From Candidatus Hydrogenedentota bacterium (GTDB taxonomy: Bacteria; Hydrogenedentota; Hydrogenedentia; Hydrogenedentales; SLHB01), in NCBI GenBank assembly GCA_963668025.2, contig CAXXTH010000019.1, positions 96,001-160,000 on the forward strand: a stretch of DNA of 64,000 nt, written 5' to 3'. A program made the translations under genes and the position numbers. The notes below the pieces were generated by a model, which had not been told where the DNA came from, ran no database searches, and saw nothing but the letters and a program-made list of their open reading frames with translations. Each line of letters starts with the position of its first letter. Position 1 is the first letter of the stretch. This document shows, piece by piece, positions 55,421 to 64,000 of the stretch.

Positions 55421-56356
55421 ATGAACCAGCCATCCATTCTAGTCATCGGCAGCGCGAATGTGGACCTTGTCACGCGCGTATCCCGGTCTCCCCGGCCAGG
55501 CGAGACCATCACCGGTTTGTCTTTCCACATTTATCCTGGCGGCAAAGGGGCCAACCAGGCCGTGGCGGCGGCCCGGCTTGGCGCACGGACCGTTTTCGCC
55601 GGGTGTGTGGGAGCGGATGAATTTGGTGAAATGCAGCGGCATACGCTGGCCGAAGCTGGGGTGGATGTTTCGCACATCAAGACCGATCCTGACGAAGCCA
55701 CCGGCACGGCGTCGATCCTCGTCGCCGATGGAGGCGAGAACACCATCGTGGTGGCTCCTGGCGCGAATGGGCGCATTACGCCCGCCGACATCGAGCGGCT
55801 TGATGGGCTTTTCGCGGCAGCGGATGCCGTGTTATTGCAGCTTGAGATTCCCCTTGAAGCCGTCGAGGCGGCCCTTGACGCGGCCCGAAAACATGGCGCG
55901 CTGTCTATTCTCGATGCCGGGCCCGCCCAGCAGCTCCCGGGCAGCCTGCTCGCCAAGGCGTCCATCGTATCGCCCAATGAGACGGAGGCGCAGGCGCTCA
56001 CCGGCCTTGCCGTCAACACGCTTGATGAGGCGCGCGCCGCCGCGGAGGCCTTGCGCGCACTCGGCGTTCCTGAAGTCGTGCTCAAGCTGGGTTCTCGAGG
56101 TGCGCTCTATGTGGGCGATGAAGTGTTGTATGCGCCCGCGTTTCCCGTTAACGCCATTGACACCGTTGCGGCGGGCGATTCCTTCACGGCTGCATTGGGC
56201 TTTGCCTGGCGCATGGCATCGAGCAAGATGGAAGCCCTCCGCTTCGCCAACGCGGCAGGCGGCCTGGCCACGACCGTCGCAGGCGCACAGCCATCAGCGC
56301 CCACCCGCGACGCCGTCGAGGCGTTTTTACGCAGCCAGCGCACGGATGCCTCTTAG
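55421..56356 (+). CDS. rbsK: Ribokinase
   Basis: GSANVD, PGGKGANQAVAAARLG, LQLEIP, PNETE, DTVAAGDSF. Confidence 0.95.
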   Translation: MNQPSILVIGSANVDLVTRVSRSPRPGETITGLSFHIYPGGKGANQAVAAARLGARTVFAGCVGADEFGEMQRHTLAEAGVDVSHIKTDPDEATGTASILVADGGENTIVVAPGANGRITPADIERLDGLFAAADAVLLQLEIPLEAVEAALDAARKHGALSILDAGPAQQLPGSLLAKASIVSPNETEAQALTGLAVNTLDEARAAAEALRALGVPEVVLKLGSRGALYVGDEVLYAPAFPVNAIDTVAAGDSFTAALGFAWRMASSKMEALRFANAAGGLATTVAGAQPSAPTRDAVEAFLRSQRTDAS

Positions 56357-57012
56357 CGCATCTCGGGGAAATAATGGGCTTCGATAAGCGCACACATGGT
56401 GTGGTACAGCACGAGGTGCGCTTCTTGAATCGTTTTCACGCTATCGCCTGGAGCGCGCAACGCGATATCCGCGAAGGCCGCCATATGCCCGCCATCCGGC
56501 CCCGTGAACGATACGGTTGTAGCGCCCACCGCACGCGCCACGGACAGCGCCATCCGCACGCTGGGCGCGTTGCCGGAAGTGCTGATCCCCACGACGACAT
56601 CGCCTGGACGCGCGAGCGCCGCCAATTCCTGGGCGTAGGCGATATCACGCATGGGCGAATCATTCTCGATGGCGGACTTGAGCGAGCCGTTCAATCCTAA
56701 AGCGATGGCGGGCAGGCCCGCCTCGAGGTGCGCCGCCAGTTCATCGCCGAACGGCAGCCCATCCAGGCGTGTTAAAAAATCCGCAGGCAGCGGGCGTTTG
56801 CGCTCGAAGCTCTTGCACAATTCACCCACGATATGCATGGCGTCGGCGAAACTGCCGCCATTGCCGCATGCCAGCAATTTTCCGCCCTGGTTGTAGCACG
56901 CCACCAACGCGCCATGGAGCGCTAAAAGCTCCTCTACGCACCCCGACAAATCAGGGCGGCGCGTCCGCATGCCATCGAGCACCCCATGTTCTTCCGCGGA
57001 TAATGCGCTCAC
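56353..57012 (-). CDS. SIS-domain sugar-phosphate isomerase (GmhA-like)
   Basis: CGNGGSFADAMHIVGEL, GISTSGN, IQEAH. Confidence 0.88.
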   Translation of the reverse strand: MSALSAEEHGVLDGMRTRRPDLSGCVEELLALHGALVACYNQGGKLLACGNGGSFADAMHIVGELCKSFERKRPLPADFLTRLDGLPFGDELAAHLEAGLPAIALGLNGSLKSAIENDSPMRDIAYAQELAALARPGDVVVGISTSGNAPSVRMALSVARAVGATTVSFTGPDGGHMAAFADIALRAPGDSVKTIQEAHLVLYHTMCALIEAHYFPEMR

Positions 57013-57023
57013 CGCGCCTCCTT

Positions 57024-57653
57024 TCATTCCAGAATGCGCACCTTGCGCCCTTCAACCTGCAACCGGCCCTCCGCGTACAATTGGATCGCACGCGGGTAAA
57101 GCTCCCGCTCCTTGGCCATCACCCGTTCCGCCAGGGTATCCGGCGTGTCCGTATCGAGCACTGGCACGGCTTCCTGGAGAATCACTGGGCCTTTATCATA
57201 TTCTCCATCCACGAAGTGAATGGTCGCGCCAGAGAGTTTCACGCCATATTCGAGCACCGATTCATGCACATGATGCCCATACATGCCCTTGCCGCAGAAC
57301 GAAGGTATTAAAGCAGGGTGTGTATTCATAATCTTGCCATTAAAATCGTTCGGGACATCCAGCAGGCTCATGAAACCGGCAAGCACCACCAACTCGGCCT
57401 CATGCTGGCGTAAAATATCCCAGATTGCCGCACTGAAACCCGCAAGCCCAGCGTCCGACTGGGCGTAATCTTTGCGGCTTACGAGATACGCGGCAATGTC
57501 ATGCTGTTTCGCTCGTTCAAGGCCATACGCGCCCGCGCGCGAACTGATGACGCACGTTACGGATGCATCGAGTTCGCCACGGTCAATGTAGTCGATGATA
57601 TTTTGCAGCGTTGTTCCGCCGCCAGATAGCAACACCCCTAGTTTAACCGCCAT
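57024..57653 (-). CDS. purN: Phosphoribosylglycinamide formyltransferase
   Basis: LSGGGTTLQ, LAGFM, NTHPALIPSF, GATIHFVDGEYDKGP. Confidence 0.96.
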   Translation of the reverse strand: MAVKLGVLLSGGGTTLQNIIDYIDRGELDASVTCVISSRAGAYGLERAKQHDIAAYLVSRKDYAQSDAGLAGFSAAIWDILRQHEAELVVLAGFMSLLDVPNDFNGKIMNTHPALIPSFCGKGMYGHHVHESVLEYGVKLSGATIHFVDGEYDKGPVILQEAVPVLDTDTPDTLAERVMAKERELYPRAIQLYAEGRLQVEGRKVRILE

Positions 57654-57711
57654 AAACACTCCCTTGCTAGGCCATTTTGCCAGAGACCCCTCCCCCTCAG
57701 TCTATCTCAGT

Positions 57712-58245
57712 CTACAGCACTTCGATGGTGAAATGCGTATTGGTGTAGATGCAAATCCCCGCCGCGATGGTCAGAGATTTCCGCACCACCTCTTCCGCAT
57801 TGAGCCCGGGCTGGTCCGATAACGCGCGCGCCGCCGCAAGGGCATAGCATCCACCTGAACCGATGGCCAAAATACCGTCGTCGGGCTCTATGATCTCGCC
57901 GCTGCCTGCGATGAGGAGGGATTTTTCCTCATCACACACAGCCAGCAACGCTTCGAGATTGCGCAGGTATTTATCCGTGCGCCATTCCTTGCCCAGCTCC
58001 ACCGCGGCGCGTACAAGGCTTTTATTGAATTCGTTCAGTTTTGCTTCAAACCGTTCGAATAAAGTGAACGCATCGGCCACGGAGCCCGAGAATCCAGCCA
58101 GCACCCGGCCCTCGGCCAGCCGCCGCACCTTGCTGGCCTTCGTTTTCATGACCGTCGCGCCGAGCGTCACTTGTCCATCGGAGCCAAGGGCCACCTGTCC
58201 ATCGCGCCGGACGCTGATCACCGTTGTTGCATGCCATTCCGTCAT
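57712..58245 (-). CDS. hslV: ATP-dependent protease peptidase subunit HslV
   Basis: HA|[31 protein letters not shown]. Confidence 0.96.
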   Translation of the reverse strand: MTEWHATTVISVRRDGQVALGSDGQVTLGATVMKTKASKVRRLAEGRVLAGFSGSVADAFTLFERFEAKLNEFNKSLVRAAVELGKEWRTDKYLRNLEALLAVCDEEKSLLIAGSGEIIEPDDGILAIGSGGCYALAAARALSDQPGLNAEEVVRKSLTIAAGICIYTNTHFTIEVL

Positions 58246-58499
58246 TGGTTCACCTCCTATTCCGTAAGGTTCTATCACACCCGTCCGGCTGGGGCAAGTA
58301 TGACGTGAGATTTGCCCAATCGATATATTCTGCTTTTGTCTCTTGGGCTTGCCTAATACTTCATTTTGTTGAAATGGTATCATGATAGCAGGCTTTCGGA
58401 AGAGCCATTCGTTTGTGGCGCAAGCACAAAGCGCCTATACTTTTTGCGGAATGGATGAGGTAATGCCGTGAGCTTAACCGTCCCAGGGGCATGTAAAAA

Positions 58500-59594
58500 A
58501 TGAAAACACGAATCCGCGCCGCCATACTCGGACTTGGAAGGAGCGGGCGCGATATCCACGGCGCTTGTTTGCGCCAGGATACGCCGCACTATGTGATCGC
58601 CGCTGTAGTGGACCCCCTGCCCGAGCGCCGCGAACGGGCGGCGCGTGAATATGGGTGTGATACGTATGCGGATCATGCGCCTTTATTGCAGCGGACGGAT
58701 CTGGACTTGATTATCAACGCCGCTCCGTCCAAATTTCATGTGCCGTATACGCTCGAATTCTTGAAGGCCGGATTCAACGTGCTCTGCGACAAGCCCTTTG
58801 CATTCCAGGTGAAGGACGCCGACAAAATGCTCGCCGCATCGCAGCAGAGCGGAAAACTGCTCGCGGTTTTCCAGCAGTCACGCTTTGCGCCCGGTTTCCA
58901 GCAAATGCGCAAGGTCATCCATTCCGGCGTGCTGGGCGGCATCATCCAAATTAGCATTTGTTCGAGCAGGTTCTCGCGCCGGTATGATTGGCAGACGCTC
59001 ACGGAAGAAATGGGCGGCAATCTATTGAATTCGGGCCCGCACCTCATAGACCAGGCGCTCCAGTTTTTCGGCACAGACATCATGCCCAAGGTCACGTGCG
59101 TGATGCGCAACGCCGTCAGTTGTGGCGACGCGGATGATCATACCTTGATTATCTTGCAAGGCGAGGGGCGGCCAATCATTGAAATAGAGCTATCCTCGTG
59201 CAGCGCTTATCCGCGCCCCATGTATGTGGTGTATGGCGCGCGCGGCGGCTTGCAAGGCTCCATGCAAGAGCTTCAGTGGAAATATTATGATGTGGAAAAA
59301 GCCCCCAAGCAGACGCTGGTGCGCGAACCGTTGAAAGACGAGAATGGCGAGCCCGCGTATTGCAACGAGGCCCTGGACTGGATGGAGGAATCCTGGACAG
59401 CGCCGCAAAGCGGGCATACTCTTCTCGCGGACGGCGCCGGGCAGTTTTACGCTATGCTGTATAAAACCCTGGCGGAGGGAGCGCCCCTCGAGATCACGCC
59501 ACGGCAAGTCCGCCAGCAAATAGCCGTTATTGAAGAGTGCCTCCGCCAGAATCCGCATATCTTCAGGCGGAAAAGCAAACGAGCCAAGCACTAG
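58500..59594 (+). CDS. Gfo/Idh/MocA oxidoreductase
   Basis: GLGRSG, VLCDKP, FQQSRF, GGNLLNSGPHLIDQ. Confidence 0.92.
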   Translation: MKTRIRAAILGLGRSGRDIHGACLRQDTPHYVIAAVVDPLPERRERAAREYGCDTYADHAPLLQRTDLDLIINAAPSKFHVPYTLEFLKAGFNVLCDKPFAFQVKDADKMLAASQQSGKLLAVFQQSRFAPGFQQMRKVIHSGVLGGIIQISICSSRFSRRYDWQTLTEEMGGNLLNSGPHLIDQALQFFGTDIMPKVTCVMRNAVSCGDADDHTLIILQGEGRPIIEIELSSCSAYPRPMYVVYGARGGLQGSMQELQWKYYDVEKAPKQTLVREPLKDENGEPAYCNEALDWMEESWTAPQSGHTLLADGAGQFYAMLYKTLAEGAPLEITPRQVRQQIAVIEECLRQNPHIFRRKSKRAKH

Positions 59595-59605
59595 AGGAGC
59601 AATTC

Positions 59606-60472
59606 ATGCGTATTGGGATTATCGGAGCGGAGAACAGCCATGCGGCCGCCATCGCGAAGATCATCAATGTGGATAAACTAATCAAAGGCTTTTCGGTGGA
59701 ATATTTGTGGGGCGAAAGCGATGCGCTGGCTCGGGCAGCCGCTAAAGCCGGGCAAATCCCCCAGATTGTGCAGAAGCCGCGCGAAATGCTCGGGCTGGCG
59801 GATGCGATAGTCGTGGATCATCGCCATGCGAAGTATCACCTGCCCGCCGCGAAACCGTTCGCGCACAAGGGCGTACCGATTTTTGTGGACAAGCCTTTCT
59901 GTTACCGTTCAAACGAGGGGGCCGAATTCATCAAACTCTGCCGGCGCGCCGGAGCGCCGCTCACGTCGTTTGGAATCGTGCCGCGCCAAAAGAGTTTCGC
60001 CCGATTCCAGAAGAAGCTTGAGGGAATGGGGCCCGTGCTGGCTGCTTCGACCTACGGCCCTTGCGACTTGGATAATCCGTGGGGCGGCATCTTCTTTTAT
60101 GGCATCCACCAAGTGGAAATCGCACTCATGGCCTTTGGTTATGGCATTCACGAAGTGGAGTTGATCAAAAACGGCGGAAAAAACGCGGCCGCCCAATTGT
60201 TCTACTCGTCGGGATTGATCGTGACAATGAACCTCATTCGGGAAGGATGCTCCGGTTTCGGCGTGCATGCCGTGTGCGCCCAAGGCAGCGTGCAGATGCC
60301 GCTGGCGTTTGACAAGAATCCCTATCTCCCGGGCGTCAAACTCTTCACGCGCATGTTCAAGACAGGTGAATTGCCCCTGGCGGATAAGCAGCTTATCGAG
60401 CCCATCCGCATTCTCGAGGCGCTGGAGCGCTCTGAACAATCCGGCGAGCGGGAAGCGGTTCAAGACAAGTAA
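59606..60472 (+). CDS. Gfo/Idh/MocA-like oxidoreductase
   Basis: IGIIGAENSHA, FVDKPF, FYGIH; GAGGAG RBS. Confidence 0.88.
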   Translation: MRIGIIGAENSHAAAIAKIINVDKLIKGFSVEYLWGESDALARAAAKAGQIPQIVQKPREMLGLADAIVVDHRHAKYHLPAAKPFAHKGVPIFVDKPFCYRSNEGAEFIKLCRRAGAPLTSFGIVPRQKSFARFQKKLEGMGPVLAASTYGPCDLDNPWGGIFFYGIHQVEIALMAFGYGIHEVELIKNGGKNAAAQLFYSSGLIVTMNLIREGCSGFGVHAVCAQGSVQMPLAFDKNPYLPGVKLFTRMFKTGELPLADKQLIEPIRILEALERSEQSGEREAVQDK

Positions 60473-60689
60473 ACCTCGGTTGCTCCCCGAAGCAATCGCA
60501 TTAAAAACAATTTTGAATTGGCCTCAAGAGGCGCAAAAGACGCAAGAAGCGATTTATTTTTTGTGTCTTTTGCGCCTTTTATGGCTCATTCTCCAGAAAT
60601 GTGGGGAGTGGTGTTTCAGATAGGTTTGGACACCACAAAATACTCTGATGAAAGGGAAAAACAGCGCTTTTTTTTGTGATTGCCCTCGG

Positions 60690-61166
60690 TTACTCCCCGA
60701 GCAGCTCTTTCATACGCGGGTGGCCGTGCAGGCCCAGGCGGGGTTCGAGTTCCGCAAGGTGTTTGCGCATGCCGGGATCGAGTTCGAGCGATTTGGATAA
60801 CGACTCGAATGCTTCTTCCGTGCGAGGCGGCTCCATTAAGGATAAAAATACGCCCAAATCAAAATGAGCCAGCGCATTGCGAGGTTCAAAAGCCGTGGCC
60901 ATGCGCAATTCTTTTTCTGCTTCTTCATGGCGTCCGAGATGAAAAAGCACATTCCCCAGCAGCCGGCGGCTGTCGGCCCACATGGGCGCTCGTTTCACCA
61001 CCCGTTTCAGGCGTTCACAAGCCTTCTCGAAATTTCTTTCATTAACCGCCGCGACCGCCTCTTCCCATTGCGCGCGCAGCCGCCGTCCCGTTCCACGTTC
61101 ACGGACGTATAACCATATACATAGGGCGAACACTATTAGTCCGCCCGCCAGCTTGAGCATATCCAT
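60690..61166 (-). CDS. TPR protein with N-terminal TM helix
   Basis: LGNVLFHLGRHEEAEKEL, AHFDLGVFL. Confidence 0.8.
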   Translation of the reverse strand: MDMLKLAGGLIVFALCIWLYVRERGTGRRLRAQWEEAVAAVNERNFEKACERLKRVVKRAPMWADSRRLLGNVLFHLGRHEEAEKELRMATAFEPRNALAHFDLGVFLSLMEPPRTEEAFESLSKSLELDPGMRKHLAELEPRLGLHGHPRMKELLGE

Positions 61167-61194
61167 TCGAAATCAGCCTTTCCCCGGCGCGCCT

Positions 61195-61962
61195 TTATGC
61201 ATCCGCCTCGAGGGGATGCCCCACGCGGGCTTTGACAAACACTTCCACCATCCCAGGGTCAAAATATTTCCCGCTTTCTTCGTGAATGAAATCCATGGCG
61301 TCATCATGGCGGGTATAGCCAGGGCGATAGTGCCGGGGGCTCGTCATGGCGCAATACACATCAATGATTTTCATGGCCCGGGCCAGCAAGGGAATGCCGC
61401 CGCCTGTAAGGCCATTGGGATACCCCGAGCCATCAAAACACTCATGATGGTGGCGCACAATGAGCTCCGTGTCCGCTAACAAATGCAGGCCGCGAACCAC
61501 ATCCGCCCCTAAATTGGCATGCTGCTGGAGCATTCCCCATTCTTCATAAGACAAAACGCTTTTCTTCGTCAACAATTCCGGCTGGATGAACAGATTGCCG
61601 ATATTGCGCACATAAGCGGACTTCTCGAACGCAAACTGGCCGTCCGCATTCAAGCCCAGCGCCGCCGAAAACCGTGTAGCATGTTCACGGAGCCGCCGGG
61701 ACGCGCCTGCGGGATAATACTCCGTGGCGTCAATGGCTGAACCGAGCCATTCGAGCAGCTCTTCCATCCCCTCCGCCATATGGAGCGCCAAGCCAAGCGC
61801 CACGCCGGGATCGCCGCCGCCCAATACTGCTACGGCATTGGCTGGCTGGCGCGCCGCTGGCTCCATATGCAAGATCTCGACGCCTTCATGATCACGCGCG
61901 GTTTCCACCGCGAGGCGCTCCATCGCCTCGTTTTCTTCCAGCATAATGATTCGTTTCAGCAT
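61195..61962 (-). CDS. HD-GYP domain protein with a degenerate HD motif
   Basis: HHHECFDGSGYPNGL, IIDVYCAMTSPRHYR, FDP; HDIG replaced by RNIG. Confidence 0.85.
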   Translation of the reverse strand: MLKRIIMLEENEAMERLAVETARDHEGVEILHMEPAARQPANAVAVLGGGDPGVALGLALHMAEGMEELLEWLGSAIDATEYYPAGASRRLREHATRFSAALGLNADGQFAFEKSAYVRNIGNLFIQPELLTKKSVLSYEEWGMLQQHANLGADVVRGLHLLADTELIVRHHHECFDGSGYPNGLTGGGIPLLARAMKIIDVYCAMTSPRHYRPGYTRHDDAMDFIHEESGKYFDPGMVEVFVKARVGHPLEADA

Positions 61963-62043
61963 GCCCCAGCCTCCTGTATCGCCGCACCATCTTACCAGTA
62001 TGGCATGTGCGCGGCAACTCTTTGATTCAGGACCGCTTGCGCC

Positions 62044-63138
62044 TTAATATGTGCATGCCCGCGCTTCATCCGCGTAGGCTTTAATTAATTCAATGTCCGC
62101 ATCGAAAAAGTGGTCGCTCACGCACAAAATATACCCGCCGCCTTCCCCCGCCTCTTCAAAACAGCGGCGGACTTCCTTGCGGGTTTGTTCCGGCGTGCAG
62201 CCAAGGAAATAGTGGAACTGGTCGAATCCGCCGATCATGCACACCCGATCTCCGATGCGGCGTTTGGCTTCCCGCAGATTCGTATCGCCGCCCATGCCTG
62301 CCGGCGTGAACGTCTCCATGGCGTCTGGCCTCATATCCGCGATACGCTCGAGAAACGGCATCATGCCGCCGCAAGTATGATAAACAATCCGCTGCCCGGC
62401 TTTATGCGCCACACGGATGATCTGGGAATCATAGGGCGCGACAAAATCATCAAAAATGGCGGGGGAAATCACCGTGGAGGAAGCGTCGCCGCCGCCCAAT
62501 TCGAGCACATCGAATTGGGCGCCTTTCAGCGTTTCGGCAAACGCGAGTTTGCGGCGCAGAATGACGCCCAGCAGCTCATGCACCCATTCCGGGTCTTCGA
62601 AAGCCGATACAATCAAGCGCTCGATGCCCACCATGCAGGAAGCATCTTGCCAGCAGCCGGGCTGCCCATAAATCTCCGAACACCAAATATAGGAGCGCGC
62701 GAGGCCTCGCTGGCCAAATTCCGCCACCGCTTTATTGGCGGCGGCGACATCGCACCGCATCGTAGGCGCGTATGCGCCGATCAGCTCGATATCTTTTTTC
62801 TCTTTAATCAGGTGTTCCGTCACCCAGACCGTGTGTTGATTGCTCTGGGTCACCATCGTGAGCGTTCCCTTGGGCGTATCGATATAATGGCGCGTGGTGG
62901 GATACTCGTGCCCAGGAAGCTCCTCCGAACGGAGCCGCCATTCATCGCTGGGAGGGTCCGCTTCAAGAGGAAGGGTGTACAAAATAGGATCAAGGCCGAA
63001 ATAATCCCAAAATTCGCCCATCGAGATGCCATTCATATAGGTATTGAGAAAATACGGCATCACATCATGCGATGTAACAGGCAAACGGTCTGGCGTTCGG
63101 CGTTCGAGTGCGGCGATGAATCGCTCTTTCGAGGTCAT
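62044..63138 (-). CDS. Uroporphyrinogen decarboxylase / MtaA-CmuA family protein
   Basis: MTSKERF..PDRLPV, ISPAIFDDFVAPY, YHTCG, GGYIL. Confidence 0.88.
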   Translation of the reverse strand: MTSKERFIAALERRTPDRLPVTSHDVMPYFLNTYMNGISMGEFWDYFGLDPILYTLPLEADPPSDEWRLRSEELPGHEYPTTRHYIDTPKGTLTMVTQSNQHTVWVTEHLIKEKKDIELIGAYAPTMRCDVAAANKAVAEFGQRGLARSYIWCSEIYGQPGCWQDASCMVGIERLIVSAFEDPEWVHELLGVILRRKLAFAETLKGAQFDVLELGGGDASSTVISPAIFDDFVAPYDSQIIRVAHKAGQRIVYHTCGGMMPFLERIADMRPDAMETFTPAGMGGDTNLREAKRRIGDRVCMIGGFDQFHYFLGCTPEQTRKEVRRCFEEAGEGGGYILCVSDHFFDADIELIKAYADEARACTY

Positions 63139-63256
63139 TGTTCACCTTTCTGGCCTCCCAAGGCGGGGAAGCGTTCTTGACAGTCTTAGGGTTTCGATGC
63201 TACACCCTTCCACAAGGTTGAAAGTATTGTGGCATCTACACACAAGGGGTTCAAGA

Positions 63257-64000
63257 ATGAACGAGCACCTTTCCGGCGTCTTTGGCGCACAGGACACGCT
63301 GGCCCTCGAATCCGTCGTGGCCCGCATCGTGGCGGAGACGCCCGCCACCGATGTGCATACCCACTTGTTCGCTCCGCCATTCGGGGAATTGCTCCTGTAT
63401 GGCGTGGATGAATTGCTCACCTATCATTACCTTGTCGCGGAGGTCATGCGGGTAGCCAGTGTGGGCTATGACGCATTCTGGGCCATGGACAAGCAAGCCC
63501 AAGCGGACCTGATTTGGAAAGAACTGTTCATCGAGCGCGCGCCCATCAGCGAGGCGTGCCGTGGCGTGCTGGCCTCTCTTAAGAGCTTAGGGCTGGATGT
63601 ATCCTCGCGTAATCTCGCGTCATTCCGAGAATATTTCAACGATATCGGCATCGAAAGCCATATCGAGAATGTGTTCCGTCTCGCCCGCATCGAGTCGGTG
63701 GTCATGACAAATGATCCCTTTGATGACGCCGAACGGCCCATTTGGCTCGATGGTTACAAAAGCAGTACATTTTTTCACGCCGCTTTGCGCATCGATCCGC
63801 TCCTGCTCAACTGGCCTTCCACCTGCAGCAGGCTCAAAGGCTGGGGATATGAAACCGACGCCCTCCTTTCCAAAACGACGGTTGAAGAAGTGCGCCGCTT
63901 TCTGGACGATTGGCTGTATCGCACGAAGGCGCTATATATGGCCGCCTCTTTATCGCCCGATTTCACGTATCCGCAGGAATCCGCCAGCGGCACGCTCCTC
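63257..64000 (+). CDS. Uronate isomerase-like amidohydrolase (partial, runs off the window)
   Basis: TDVHTHLF, DELLTYHYLVAE, PISEACRGV, VVMTNDPFD, ALRIDPLL; open to the window end. Confidence 0.8.
   Translation, partial: MNEHLSGVFGAQDTLALESVVARIVAETPATDVHTHLFAPPFGELLLYGVDELLTYHYLVAEVMRVASVGYDAFWAMDKQAQADLIWKELFIERAPISEACRGVLASLKSLGLDVSSRNLASFREYFNDIGIESHIENVFRLARIESVVMTNDPFDDAERPIWLDGYKSSTFFHAALRIDPLLLNWPSTCSRLKGWGYETDALLSKTTVEEVRRFLDDWLYRTKALYMAASLSPDFTYPQESASGTLL

Noticed and set aside
60738-60760. GGTTCGAG resembling a tRNA T-loop
   Set aside because: It lies inside the TPR gene and no cloverleaf can be formed around it.

Overview
GC-rich bacterial chromosome segment. The gene content resembles PVC/Hydrogenedentota-type bacteria, but the taxon is only an inference. 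In order, the window holds: (1) a complete type II secretion/pseudopilus operon (gspE-F-G-H-I-J-K-L-M-C-D, 2.3-14.5 kb), interrupted by a hicB-hicA toxin-antitoxin pair and ending in a secretin with an apparent extra ExbD/TolR-like C-terminal domain; (2) a degenerate integron-type cassette array with no integrase gene in the window (attC-like sites, 16.4-20.6 kb), carrying a translationally coupled ParA/MinD-type ATPase + SIR2 pair, which is the best candidate for an undescribed anti-phage system, plus a DUF4145 gene; (3) housekeeping genes ychF, rpoN (with a consensus sigma54 site over its own sigma70-type promoter), a YycJ-like hydrolase, an AraC regulator, larB, larC and coaD; (4) two near-identical IS1380-family copies bracketing 13.4 kb of envelope/glycan genes, an IS4-family element inserted into a palindromic repeat, a truncated IS701-like element and several MITE/REP families; (5) a decayed phage-satellite-like element (47.7-55.1 kb); (6) metabolic genes rbsK, a gmhA-like isomerase, purN, hslV, oxidoreductases, HD-GYP, a UroD-family protein and a uronate isomerase. 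I recognised no rRNA, tRNA or CRISPR array. All calls come from reading the sequence by eye, and no database searches were run.
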